A stretch of DNA of 64,000 nucleotides from assembly GCA_040767085.1 (NCBI GenBank), contig JAXGPF010000009.1, forward strand, positions 32,001-96,000. The letters are read 5' to 3'. The DNA comes from Kiritimatiellia bacterium (GTDB lineage: Bacteria > Verrucomicrobiota > Kiritimatiellia > JAAZAB01). Positions 38,441-48,020 of this stretch are shown here, in pieces; within the stretch, counting starts at the first letter, position 1; each line of letters begins with the position of its first letter. The notes under the pieces are model-generated. The model made no database searches, was not told the origin of the DNA, and worked only from the letters and a program-made list of their open reading frames with translations. The position numbers and the translations under genes were made by a program.

Positions 38441-38839
38441 ATGATTAACAACCAAACATTACAGGTTATGCGCCGCGCCGCCCGCGCCGTTCGCCGCCGG
38501 GCATATGCCCCCTACTCCGGATTCCAGGTCGGCGCCGCCGTCCTGACCGCCGGCGGCCGGATTTTCACCGGCGTTAACGTGGAAAACGCCTCCTACGGAC
38601 TGACCATTTGCGCCGAGCGCGCGGCAATACAGGCTGCCGTGGCGGCCGGGCAATGCCGTCTGCGCGCCGTTTTAATTGTGGCGCCGCATGCCGCGCCGCC
38701 CTGCGGCGCCTGCCGGCAGGTACTGGCGGAATTTGCCGGACCGGATTGCCCGGTATATCTCGCCGAGCCGGCCGGCCGGACGCCGCCCAAACGGCTGCGC
38801 CTGGGAGAATTGCTGCCGCTGGCATTTAAACTCAAATGA
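38441..38839 (+). CDS. cdd: Cytidine deaminase
   Basis: AYAPYS.F.VGAA, NVENASYGLTICAER, PCGACRQ. Confidence 0.95.
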   Translation: MINNQTLQVMRRAARAVRRRAYAPYSGFQVGAAVLTAGGRIFTGVNVENASYGLTICAERAAIQAAVAAGQCRLRAVLIVAPHAAPPCGACRQVLAEFAGPDCPVYLAEPAGRTPPKRLRLGELLPLAFKLK

Positions 38840-40194
38840 CCGATCTTGATTCAACCCAATTACACCAGGGCGCCGTCCATGTCGTCGCCGTGCTGCAAAA
38901 AGCCGGGCACACCGCGCTGTGGGCCGGCGGTTGCGTGCGGGACATGCTGATGGGGCGTCCGCCCAAGGATTACGATATTGCCACCAGCGCCCTGCCCGAC
39001 GAGGTTTTACGGCTCTTACCGCGCGCCATGGCCGTCGGCAAGGCCTTTGGCGTCGTGCGCGCCCCGTGGCATGAGCATTACTACGAAGTGGCCACCTTCC
39101 GGCGGGATTTCGCCTACCGCGACGGACGCCGGCCGGATTTCGTCGTTTTCGCCGATGCGCCGGCCGATGCCCAGCGCCGGGATTTCACCGTCAACGCCAT
39201 GTTTTTCGACCCGGTATCGAAGGAGTTGCATGATTACGTCAAGGGCCAGGCCGATCTGGCCGCGCGCGTGATCCGCGCCGTCGGCGATCCGGCGGCGCGC
39301 TTCGCGGAAGACCACCTGCGCCTTTTGCGCGGCGTCCGGTTTGCCGCCACGCTGGATTTTGCGCTGGACCCGGCGACAGCCCGGGCCATCCGCGCGCATG
39401 CCGGCATGATCACGCGCATCAGCGCCGAACGCATTCAAATTGAAATTACCCGTATCCTGCTGGAATCCGCGCGCGCGGGCGACGCCCTGCGCCAGTTGGA
39501 CGAACTGGGCTTGCTGGGACACATTATTCCGGAGGCATCCGCCATGCGCGGCCAGGCCCAGCCGCCGCAATTTCATCCCGAGGGCGACGTCTTCACCCAC
39601 ACCGTCCTGATGCTGAACGCCATGCCGCCCCATCGGCCGCTGCGCCTGGCCTGGGCGGCGCTGCTGCATGACATCGGCAAGCCCCCCACCTGCCGCCAGA
39701 CTGAAGCGCGCCTGCGTTTTGACGGGCACGCCGCAGTGGGCGCGACGATGGCGGAAGCGGTGATGAAGCGTCTGCGCATGGCCAACGACGACATCAAGGC
39801 CGTGACCTTCTGCATCGCCAACCACATGCGGTTCATGGAAGTACAGCGCATGAAACGTTCGACGCTGCTGCGGCTGATCGGCGCGGACACCTTCCCGCTG
39901 GAGCTGGAGCTGCACCGCCTGGACTGCCTGGCCAGCCATGGCGACCTGTCCAATTACAACTTTCTCCAGGAATTTATCCAAGCCCGCGCGGCGGAGCCCG
40001 CCTTGCCGCCGCCGCTGATCACCGGGCGTGATATCATGGCTCTGGGCATACACAATGGGCCGGAGATCGGGCAATGGAAACAGGCGGCGTATGAAGCCCA
40101 GCTCAACAACCAATTCGCGGACCAGGATGCCGCTCTGGAATGGTTGCGCCAGCAACTGCGCGCTCCCGGGCAGCCTGCCCGGCTGAAAAACTGA
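38836..40194 (+). CDS. cca: CCA tRNA nucleotidyltransferase with HD domain
   Basis: GGCVRD, DYDIAT, RRDFTVNA, EDHLRLLR..RF, HPEGDV..H, LLHDIGKP. Confidence 0.9.
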   Translation: MTDLDSTQLHQGAVHVVAVLQKAGHTALWAGGCVRDMLMGRPPKDYDIATSALPDEVLRLLPRAMAVGKAFGVVRAPWHEHYYEVATFRRDFAYRDGRRPDFVVFADAPADAQRRDFTVNAMFFDPVSKELHDYVKGQADLAARVIRAVGDPAARFAEDHLRLLRGVRFAATLDFALDPATARAIRAHAGMITRISAERIQIEITRILLESARAGDALRQLDELGLLGHIIPEASAMRGQAQPPQFHPEGDVFTHTVLMLNAMPPHRPLRLAWAALLHDIGKPPTCRQTEARLRFDGHAAVGATMAEAVMKRLRMANDDIKAVTFCIANHMRFMEVQRMKRSTLLRLIGADTFPLELELHRLDCLASHGDLSNYNFLQEFIQARAAEPALPPPLITGRDIMALGIHNGPEIGQWKQAAYEAQLNNQFADQDAALEWLRQQLRAPGQPARLKN

Positions 40195-40401
40195 ATATTT
40201 TACACATCAGGCGGAACAGGGCAAAATAATTTTGTCCGTTTTGGAGTGCGGCGGCGCGACCTGCTTTTCCCGCTTAGGGTGCGAACAAGATTTTTTCCCG
40301 CTGACAAATTTCCATTCTGCCCAGAGAACCCAGTCTCGTAAATTATATCAGCAATGCGCCGATTTCGCCGGCGACGGCAGTTCCGCCCGGAAGGCAGGCA
40401 G

Positions 40402-42849
40402 TCACTTGCCCGCCTTGGCGTCCAAAGGACTTCGCGCCCTACCGATCGAAGCCTTGGACAACGAAACCATCACCGGGCCCGCCAGTCTGCCCCGTGCCGG
40501 CAAACCCAGCAGCTCCGCGCCGGACAAACGGATATCCGCAATGGCCTGCCGGGCATCGAAACGGTAATCCCGGCGGTGGAGCACCACCGATGCTCCAGCC
40601 CGCAGGCTCACATAATAAACACCGTGACGAAGCATAATTTCACGGCGGCGGCCGGCCAGGCGCGCGCCGTCAAACGGGTCCGCCAGCGCCAGCCGCCCGT
40701 CAATACCGGCCGTCACCCGCACCCATGCGGTTTGACCGCCTTGTCGTACAGCCGAAACGATCCAGCCGCCTTCCGCCCGCAAATCGAAAAACGCCGCATC
40801 GCGCCACTGCAGCGGCACGGCGGGAAATATCCGCAGCTTGCCGCCCCACCCCTGCACCAGCATGTCGCCGATCCCGGCGCTGACGGCGTTATTGGATTCC
40901 ATCGTGAACGGCGCTTTGGCGCGTTCGCGGCCTTTGTTCCGGCCTAGCAGCGGCGTAAAGGCGGACGCGCCGGTGGCGCGCCAATCGGAATTGACATGCA
41001 ACCCGTTGGGCATGGTCCAATGTTCCATGAACTGCCGCAGGCTTTCATACGCCCAGCCCGGACAGCCCAGCACGGCAGCCATGCTGATGATCTGCGCATA
41101 AGTATGGCCGGCCCATTGATACTGGCCCAGCCCGAGAAACTGGTTGATGCTGGCGGCAATGATGGCCCGGGCTTGCTCATCGCCTTCAATGGTAAGGTCC
41201 ATCGCCGGATGGATGGCCATCAACTGGCTGGGATGGCGATGCGATTCATCCAGGAGTTTCCCCGGCCAGAGGCACAATTCCTGTTTTTCGGTCAAGGCAT
41301 ATGGCGCCAGCTTCTGCCGGATGTTGCGGGCGTCACTGGTCAGTTCGGCGGTCCCCAGCGCCGCTTCCATTTCCACAATCCAATCGCAGCACTTGCGGAT
41401 CAGGGCCAGGTCAATATTGGGATCTTTGCAAAACGCCTTCCGGGCATCATGCCCGAAATATTCCGGGCTGCTGGAAAGCGGCACATGCAGATAACCGTCG
41501 GACTCCGCCTGCAGGTTGGCGCGCACAAACTTGAAAATTTCCGCCAGCAGGGGATACCCGGTCCGGCGCAGCCAGTCCTGATCCATGCTGTAGCGCCAGC
41601 GCAGCCATACCAGCCAGCCCAGCCAGAGCCCATGGCTCCAGGCGAAATTCAACGCATACCAGACGCTGCCGCTGCCGCCCGGCGGCGCCTTGCCGAACAT
41701 GACGCCCGGCCAGAAGGCGCCTTCCGTGGCGAAAAAGCGCCGGGTATATTGCAGGACCGCCGGCAGACGCTCCACCATGTAATCGCACCAGCAATCCAGC
41801 AAGTCCAGGTGGCCGGAAACGCCCGCCGGCCAGAAGGTTTCCTGGACATTCATGTCGTTGTGATAGTCACCGCGCCAGGGCGGCAGCACGCCGTCCATCG
41901 CCCACACTCCCTGCAAGCCCGGCGGCATGTGCCCGCGCCGGGCCGATGACGCCAGCAGGTACACCCCGTAATACCAGAAAAATTCCGCCGCCGGCTCGGG
42001 CAACACCACGGCCGAGGCGCTCCAGAATTGACGCCACGCGGACAGGTGCTCCCGGTACAGCTTGTCAAACCCGGCGCGCATGGCGGCTGAAAGAGTGCCG
42101 CACGCCTTCTCCGCCGCCGCCGCCGCGGTATCGGCCGTTTCCACCGCCACCAGGATATCATCGCCGGCGATATTCCAAACCACGGCATAACTTAAGCTGC
42201 CCGGGATAGTCTGCGCCATGGCGCGCAACGGCTCCGCCGGAGGCGTCGCCCTACCTGGCGGATTTGCGCCACAAACCGGGGTTGAGTATTCCGGCGGCGG
42301 ATACCCCAGCCCCGCCATGGCCGGACAGATTTCCGACAGCGGCCGCAGTTTCAAACACGCGCGCTTGGGAAGATTCGTCACCCGCACGCATATCACATGG
42401 CGGTCTTTAGCGATAAAGGCGGTCACATCGTGCCGGCCCGTCCGGGTGACAATCCGGCCGGCGACCGCCGCCCGGTCCAAATCCAGCCGGCAGCCATATT
42501 CCCGTGCCGGGCCGATATCAAGTTCCATCCGCCCGATGCTGATCTTGGTTGGATACAAATTATTGGACTTGATGCCTGTCCCGAACACTTGCTGCGCCTG
42601 GTCGAACTCCTGATTGCGGATCAGCCGGCGTAAATTGGCGTAATTGTAATCCGGGCGGTCAAAGGCGGTGGTGCTCCGGCGGTTATCCCACAAGTCCGAG
42701 CAATCCAGGGTGAAATTCAGGGGATGGCCGTCCCCCCATACCATGGCGCCCAGGAAGCCGTTGCCGAGCGGGAACCCATCCTGCCAGATCATCGGCGGAG
42801 CGCTATGTTCAATGAAATGATCGCCGCGTAATTTGATTTTATTGTTCAT
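40402..42849 (-). CDS. GH95-like (alpha-L-fucosidase/L-galactosidase family) glycoside hydrolase
   Basis: W….PLGNG.LGA.VWG, YLL.SS.R, LQG.W, W.GDYH, SPE, HRH.S.L, ML.Q; no clear signal peptide. Confidence 0.85.
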   Translation of the reverse strand: MNNKIKLRGDHFIEHSAPPMIWQDGFPLGNGFLGAMVWGDGHPLNFTLDCSDLWDNRRSTTAFDRPDYNYANLRRLIRNQEFDQAQQVFGTGIKSNNLYPTKISIGRMELDIGPAREYGCRLDLDRAAVAGRIVTRTGRHDVTAFIAKDRHVICVRVTNLPKRACLKLRPLSEICPAMAGLGYPPPEYSTPVCGANPPGRATPPAEPLRAMAQTIPGSLSYAVVWNIAGDDILVAVETADTAAAAAEKACGTLSAAMRAGFDKLYREHLSAWRQFWSASAVVLPEPAAEFFWYYGVYLLASSARRGHMPPGLQGVWAMDGVLPPWRGDYHNDMNVQETFWPAGVSGHLDLLDCWCDYMVERLPAVLQYTRRFFATEGAFWPGVMFGKAPPGGSGSVWYALNFAWSHGLWLGWLVWLRWRYSMDQDWLRRTGYPLLAEIFKFVRANLQAESDGYLHVPLSSSPEYFGHDARKAFCKDPNIDLALIRKCCDWIVEMEAALGTAELTSDARNIRQKLAPYALTEKQELCLWPGKLLDESHRHPSQLMAIHPAMDLTIEGDEQARAIIAASINQFLGLGQYQWAGHTYAQIISMAAVLGCPGWAYESLRQFMEHWTMPNGLHVNSDWRATGASAFTPLLGRNKGRERAKAPFTMESNNAVSAGIGDMLVQGWGGKLRIFPAVPLQWRDAAFFDLRAEGGWIVSAVRQGGQTAWVRVTAGIDGRLALADPFDGARLAGRRREIMLRHGVYYVSLRAGASVVLHRRDYRFDARQAIADIRLSGAELLGLPARGRLAGPVMVSLSKASIGRARSPLDAKAGK

Positions 42850-42895
42850 GGATATCCAACCTTATGCAATCTTACAAAGTTGCCCGGAAACACGT

Positions 42896-44365
42896 TTACG
42901 GCTGCCGCGGCGGCCCATCCGTACGGAACGGCACGGCCGGGAATCCGTCCCGGTTAAACAAATTCACGCGCGGATAATCCGCCCAGCCGTAACGAACCGC
43001 CGCCGGCTGCGCCACCTCCGTACTGGAAACATGCACTGCATCGTCTTTAAGCTCCGCATCCGCCCGCACGAATTTGCCGTCCGGCCCGGCGATGGCAAAG
43101 CCCTCCGCCGGCGCGTCGTGCGGCGTCGTCAACCCGCCATCCGCGTGGTTGAAATTGACCACGGCCGTGCTGCCGGAGATTTCCAGTCCCGCGAATTCCG
43201 GGCCGCGCCAGGCGACTTTTTCGCCGTAAACCAGGTTGCGCGCCGCCAGGCTCAGGCGCCGCCCGACGGTTTCCTTGTCCACCGGATGCGGATTTTGCGG
43301 ATCATCCCCCAAGTCCACCGTGCCGGCCATGGCGGTATTGGTTACGGTTGCCGCGACCAGCGCCTGTTCCGCGCGCGCCACGGACCAGGAACTTTCCACG
43401 GGTTGATCGCTGACGGCGCCGTAGGGCGCCAACTGCACAAAGAGAAACGGGAAATCGCCCAGGCCCCAATCAGCGCGCCATTGCCCGATCAAGTCGGAAA
43501 ACATCCCGGCAAAATTTCGGCCGGCGCTCACATTCGACTCGCCCTGGTACCAGATCACGCCGCGGATGGCGTATTTGAGCAGCGGATGGATCATGCCGTG
43601 ATAATATTCGGATGGTTGAAACGGCCGCGCTGGACGCGTCTCTGCGCCGGTCGCCAGGGCCTGTTGATATTGCGCCCAGCGCCGGCGCATGGCTGCCTGC
43701 CGGAGGGGATATCGGCGTTCCAGCAATCCCGGGCTCATCCACACTTCCATGGGCGAGCCGCCGCGGGCCGCCAGAATCAATCCCACCGGCACGTTCAGAT
43801 GCCGGCGCAATTCCCGGCCGAAGAAGTAGCCGGCGGCGGAAAACTCCGCCGCGGTTGGCGGCGTGCAGGCCCGCCATGCGCCGCGCACATCCGCCTGGGG
43901 AACATTGGTGCGCACATCGGCCACGGTAAACAGCCGGAGCAGCGGGTCATCCGCCCGGGCGGCGGCTGCCGCGCCGCCCCGGACATGATAGCCCACGTAT
44001 TTGCGGTTCAGCGGCATGACCATGTTCGATTGCCCGGAACAGAGCCAGACCTCGCCGACATAGACTTTTTCAAGCGCCAGGATGTTCCGGCTCCGGACAG
44101 TCATCGGCCACGGTCCGCCGGCCGTCATGGGGGGCAGCAGGATTTCCCAGCGCCCGTCAACCACCCGCGCGGATTTTTCCAGGCCGCGGAACGCCACCGT
44201 CACGGTCGCGCCTTCTTCGGCCCAACCCCAGATCCTGCCCGGAAGATCGCGCTGGAGAACCATCCCCTCGCCGATCAGCGCCGGCAGTCGGAGTTCGGAA
44301 GCATAAGCCGCCGCGTTCAGCATCACCCACACCGCCATGAACCGTGTTATGCTTCGGGTTGACAT
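42896..44365 (-). CDS. Secreted sialate O-acetylesterase-family SGNH esterase
   Basis: GMVLQR, VGEVWLCSGQSNM, FSAAGY.F, G.IWYQGESN, PF.FVQL, D….HP..K, VRYGW. Confidence 0.92.
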   Translation of the reverse strand: MSTRSITRFMAVWVMLNAAAYASELRLPALIGEGMVLQRDLPGRIWGWAEEGATVTVAFRGLEKSARVVDGRWEILLPPMTAGGPWPMTVRSRNILALEKVYVGEVWLCSGQSNMVMPLNRKYVGYHVRGGAAAAARADDPLLRLFTVADVRTNVPQADVRGAWRACTPPTAAEFSAAGYFFGRELRRHLNVPVGLILAARGGSPMEVWMSPGLLERRYPLRQAAMRRRWAQYQQALATGAETRPARPFQPSEYYHGMIHPLLKYAIRGVIWYQGESNVSAGRNFAGMFSDLIGQWRADWGLGDFPFLFVQLAPYGAVSDQPVESSWSVARAEQALVAATVTNTAMAGTVDLGDDPQNPHPVDKETVGRRLSLAARNLVYGEKVAWRGPEFAGLEISGSTAVVNFNHADGGLTTPHDAPAEGFAIAGPDGKFVRADAELKDDAVHVSSTEVAQPAAVRYGWADYPRVNLFNRDGFPAVPFRTDGPPRQP

Positions 44366-44513
44366 GATGTACTTGCGGGACAAGTCCAGCCCAGCAGGAG
44401 AAGGCCGCAGCCTGCACCCGCACTATGTTTTGTCGCGGACAAAGCTGCTCAAAGCAGTTCGCCTTCCTCGCGACCACGCTCAATATCTAACGACGGCATA
44501 TTAAAGGAAAAAG

Positions 44514-47500
44514 CTATGGCTCAAAATCCGTCGGCTCCGCCCCCGGCTCGATCTGGATGGCGTCCACCCAGACCGCCCCCTCCCCCAGCACGCGCAAGCC
44601 AAAAACGTGGTAAGGACTGATCATGGGCGTCAGCATGCCCGTATGCGAGTAGCGCCGCCATTCCCTGGTCAGTTGGAATTCGGGAAAATCCTTCGCTTCC
44701 GGCGCGTCAAGTTGGGCAGCATCGTCAAATCCGCACAGCCGCACGACCATGCCATCGCGTTCGGCTTTCATGTAAACCGAAAACACATAGGGCGTCGGTT
44801 TTTCAACCCGGGGTACCAGGGTAAAGCCGAAGCCGCTCCACCAGCTCAGCCAGCGCCGCCAGGAACCCTGCTGCGCCTGCACCCGGAAACTCGCCGAGCC
44901 GTGCCAGGCGTTATTTGTATCCACCGCAAACATCCCGGTTCCGGCGCCCAATGGGCCGGTGTCGGTCCGGCCGAACTGGTCATACAGAGCCATATAATAA
45001 TCCGGCCAATCGGGCAGTGTGGCCTCCTCGAACGACGGGTTGCGCACCAGGTTGCGCTTGCCGGGCCGGCCGGCATCCGGCTGGGCCGGCGCGGCATAAC
45101 GCGGATCGGTTTCCGCCGGGAAAGGCTGCATATCCACCTTGACCGCCGCGGGGATGGGCAGGTCCGGAGCATCCACGACATAAGCCCGGACGGCGTAAGC
45201 CGGCAGTTTTTCGCCGAACATGCCGTCCTGCACGGGGTATTTCTCCGGCCCGAACCAGCGCGTCACAACCTGGCCGTCCGGCAATCCGGCGATACCAAAG
45301 CGGACCGCGACGGGACCGGGAGACGCATTGGCGGCCAGCAAGACATATGTCCCGTCCGCGCCGCGGCGGAGCGACACCTGCACGGCGGGGTATTGATCGG
45401 CATCCGGGTCGTACCGGCCGGGTTGATAGGCGATAGTCTGCGGGATTTCCGGCGTGACGGCCAGGGGCCCGATCTGCCGGAACTCGTCGCCCAACTGCCG
45501 CATGGCCCCCATGGATAAGGCGTGCTTGTAAGGATACGCGAAGTAAAACAAGGCCTTGGCGCCGTGAATCACCGCCAGGTACGACTGGCAAAGCTGCTCC
45601 TCCGGCAGGAGCACCCTCCGGCGCATGCCGCTCCATAATTCACCCACCGGCACAATCCAGGTCGGATGCCCGAGGGCATCGCCCCGGCGCCTGGTCCAGG
45701 TGGTGATTTTTGACATCCAGTTCACCGTCCCGCGCACCCCGGTCTTGGGCTGCTCGCCGTTGGGAATCCAGTATGGGTCGGTGCCGACGATGTCGCTCCA
45801 ATCGAGCCATTTCTCGCCGGGTGGAATATGGGAAGAATACAGGACCACCCAGGGATGGTATCCATCCAACGCGTTGACCGCGCGGTATAATTTCCGGCCC
45901 GGCTCGATCTGGTGCTCCCAGCCCGGCTCATCGAAATGGAAATAGGCCATGAGCGAAGGCAGGTTCTTGACATTTTCCACCCCCAACAACATCCGATCCA
46001 TGTTTTTATCCACCAGGGCCGGGAAGTCGGGCGAAGCCTTCTGGCCGATCAGGTTGGCGCCGGCATAACGATCCACCGGCTCCACCACCAGCAGTCCGTG
46101 CCGGGCTGCCTGCTCATGAAAATCCGCGGCATTGGTCGGATTCTGAGAGGAATTCCAGCGCAGCACGCTGTTCATGCCCGCCGCGGCCACCTCGGCAAAA
46201 TGCTTTTCATTCGTGCCGCTGAAAACCACCCCGATCGGGAAAAACGGCCGGCCGTTATTCAGCAACACCAGGTCGAACCGGTCGAGTTTCCATTCCCGGC
46301 CGGGCCGGTGCGCGCGTTTCACGCATTCGAATTCGCGCCGGATGACGGTTTTGCCTGATGCGTCGAGCAATACGAACTCCCAGGCGTGCGCGCCGGCCGG
46401 GATGTCGGTCAGGCTGACGGTCACCGTCGGGCAGGCGGACATGCTTGCCGCCCGGCCCAAAATTCTGCCGGAGGTGTCGCGCACAGCGGCGGTCATGCCC
46501 GCCATGGCCTCCGGCGGCAATGCCACTGCCGCGCGGATGCGGGCCGCGGATTCATCGGTGTAATATGAGCGATCGGCAAACACTCCCGACAGCAAAGTCA
46601 GGTGTTCGGTACGCGTTACATGCACCACCTGCAAAACCTCGCCTGTGGCCGCGTCAGCCAATTCCAGCCTGGCGGTCCGGCTGGACAGGCGGGCCACCGG
46701 CAAAAACAGCCTGACTGCCCGGACGGACGGCCCCTTGACGGACAGGCGCTCGGACAACCGGCTTGGCTCGCCGCCGAGCGGCAGGTCGGCCGCCCGGATT
46801 TCCAGATCCCGTTCGTTCGGGGTCAGCACGCGCAATTCGGCGGATAAGGCATACCCATACCGGCCATTGGTTTGCATATAACTTCCCGCGGCGGCGGCAT
46901 GCAGCGCGGCGAGAAAGGGCGTCCGGGGTATGATCTCTTCCAGGCCGCGCAGGCACCCGAATCGGAACGGCTCGTGGAATTGACGGAACAGCGGCGACCA
47001 GGTAAAAAACAAGCGGTCCTGGTACACCTCCACGCCCTGCGGATCTATCACGGGAATGCAAATGGCGCCGCATAAATTTATGCGCAGCTTGTCCAGCCGG
47101 CCATGGGCGGCCAGGACGCTCAAAGGCAGGGCAATCTCCGCCTGCCATCCTTGCTCGGTTATCCGGACGGCGGACCGCCAGGGGATATCCCAATTCCGGT
47201 CGCCCGCGTAATCGCCGGACGCATTGCGCGTTTTCTGCTGTTCGGCGCGGACATTGGCGGCATTTAACATGTAATGGTAATACAACCGCCCATCCGTGCC
47301 GGGATCTATAAATATTTCCAGCGAATCATCCTGTGTAACGCCTCCGTCCTGCTCCAGCACTTTGGGCTTGATGCGTTCCGGCATGGGATGGCGGATTTGC
47401 GCGGCGATATAGAGCCACTGATTGTCAAATGCCAGCTTGAAGGCAACCGCATCGGTGGTTTCATCTTTGCGATACACATTCAATTTTTCGACCATGGCGG

Positions 47501-47684
47501 CGGTTTTCCAGCAGGCATCATCCAGCACGCCGTCCAGCTTAGGCGGCATCTCACATGCCGAAATTGATATTTCCGGCAACGGCGGCAACTCCGCCGGCGC
47601 GCCGGACGCGTTCAGAATGCCATACAGCAGCATCCCTGCCCACATCCGCATGATCCCGATCGATACTCCGCCTCTGATCATCAT
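44514..47684 (-). CDS. Large secreted multidomain protein: CBM9-like + Ig-like + putative clan-A glycoside hydrolase + CBM4-like (paralog A)
   Basis: Signal peptide, P.LDG.LDD..W, DS.EIF.DP, W.AE..LP; NG.PFFP.G, FDEP, D.YW; NPSFE…WVDA.Q.E. Confidence 0.75.
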   Translation of the reverse strand: MMIRGGVSIGIMRMWAGMLLYGILNASGAPAELPPLPEISISACEMPPKLDGVLDDACWKTAAMVEKLNVYRKDETTDAVAFKLAFDNQWLYIAAQIRHPMPERIKPKVLEQDGGVTQDDSLEIFIDPGTDGRLYYHYMLNAANVRAEQQKTRNASGDYAGDRNWDIPWRSAVRITEQGWQAEIALPLSVLAAHGRLDKLRINLCGAICIPVIDPQGVEVYQDRLFFTWSPLFRQFHEPFRFGCLRGLEEIIPRTPFLAALHAAAAGSYMQTNGRYGYALSAELRVLTPNERDLEIRAADLPLGGEPSRLSERLSVKGPSVRAVRLFLPVARLSSRTARLELADAATGEVLQVVHVTRTEHLTLLSGVFADRSYYTDESAARIRAAVALPPEAMAGMTAAVRDTSGRILGRAASMSACPTVTVSLTDIPAGAHAWEFVLLDASGKTVIRREFECVKRAHRPGREWKLDRFDLVLLNNGRPFFPIGVVFSGTNEKHFAEVAAAGMNSVLRWNSSQNPTNAADFHEQAARHGLLVVEPVDRYAGANLIGQKASPDFPALVDKNMDRMLLGVENVKNLPSLMAYFHFDEPGWEHQIEPGRKLYRAVNALDGYHPWVVLYSSHIPPGEKWLDWSDIVGTDPYWIPNGEQPKTGVRGTVNWMSKITTWTRRRGDALGHPTWIVPVGELWSGMRRRVLLPEEQLCQSYLAVIHGAKALFYFAYPYKHALSMGAMRQLGDEFRQIGPLAVTPEIPQTIAYQPGRYDPDADQYPAVQVSLRRGADGTYVLLAANASPGPVAVRFGIAGLPDGQVVTRWFGPEKYPVQDGMFGEKLPAYAVRAYVVDAPDLPIPAAVKVDMQPFPAETDPRYAAPAQPDAGRPGKRNLVRNPSFEEATLPDWPDYYMALYDQFGRTDTGPLGAGTGMFAVDTNNAWHGSASFRVQAQQGSWRRWLSWWSGFGFTLVPRVEKPTPYVFSVYMKAERDGMVVRLCGFDDAAQLDAPEAKDFPEFQLTREWRRYSHTGMLTPMISPYHVFGLRVLGEGAVWVDAIQIEPGAEPTDFEP

Positions 47685-47778
47685 TGCATTTTTCCCTTTT
47701 TGCGATGTTCGACTGATAATAAATCCGGAACAATTTATCCGCCAAATCTCGCATGGATCACAAAGCCCCGATTGTTTT

Positions 47779-47997
47779 TTCACCATCCGCTACGCTGGAG
47801 GACACGGAGCAGAGCGAGGACGGCATGTTTTCCTTCAGCATCTGCAAATCCGTTCCGCCTTGGCGGCTTAGCGCCTTTGCGAGATATATCCTCTCCGCGG
47901 TAAAGATCCCGATCTCACCACTGACAGACAATTGTTTGCCATAATTATTACGCCTCGGAATTCTTTCTTGGCGTTCCTTGCGATCTTTCGTGGTGAA
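47779..47997. repeat. Non-autonomous intergenic repeat element (MITE-like)
   Basis: TTCACCA/TGGTGAA inverted ends; left end is shared with 59975-60079 and right end with 58766-58796. Confidence 0.5.
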
Positions 47998-48020
47998 TTA
48001 TTTCCGGTTCCAGACTTCCA

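Noticed and set aside
40240-40270. TTGGAGTGCGGCGGC REP-like half site as a mobile element or terminator
   Set aside because: Only one arm is visible, with no partner inverted repeat nearby
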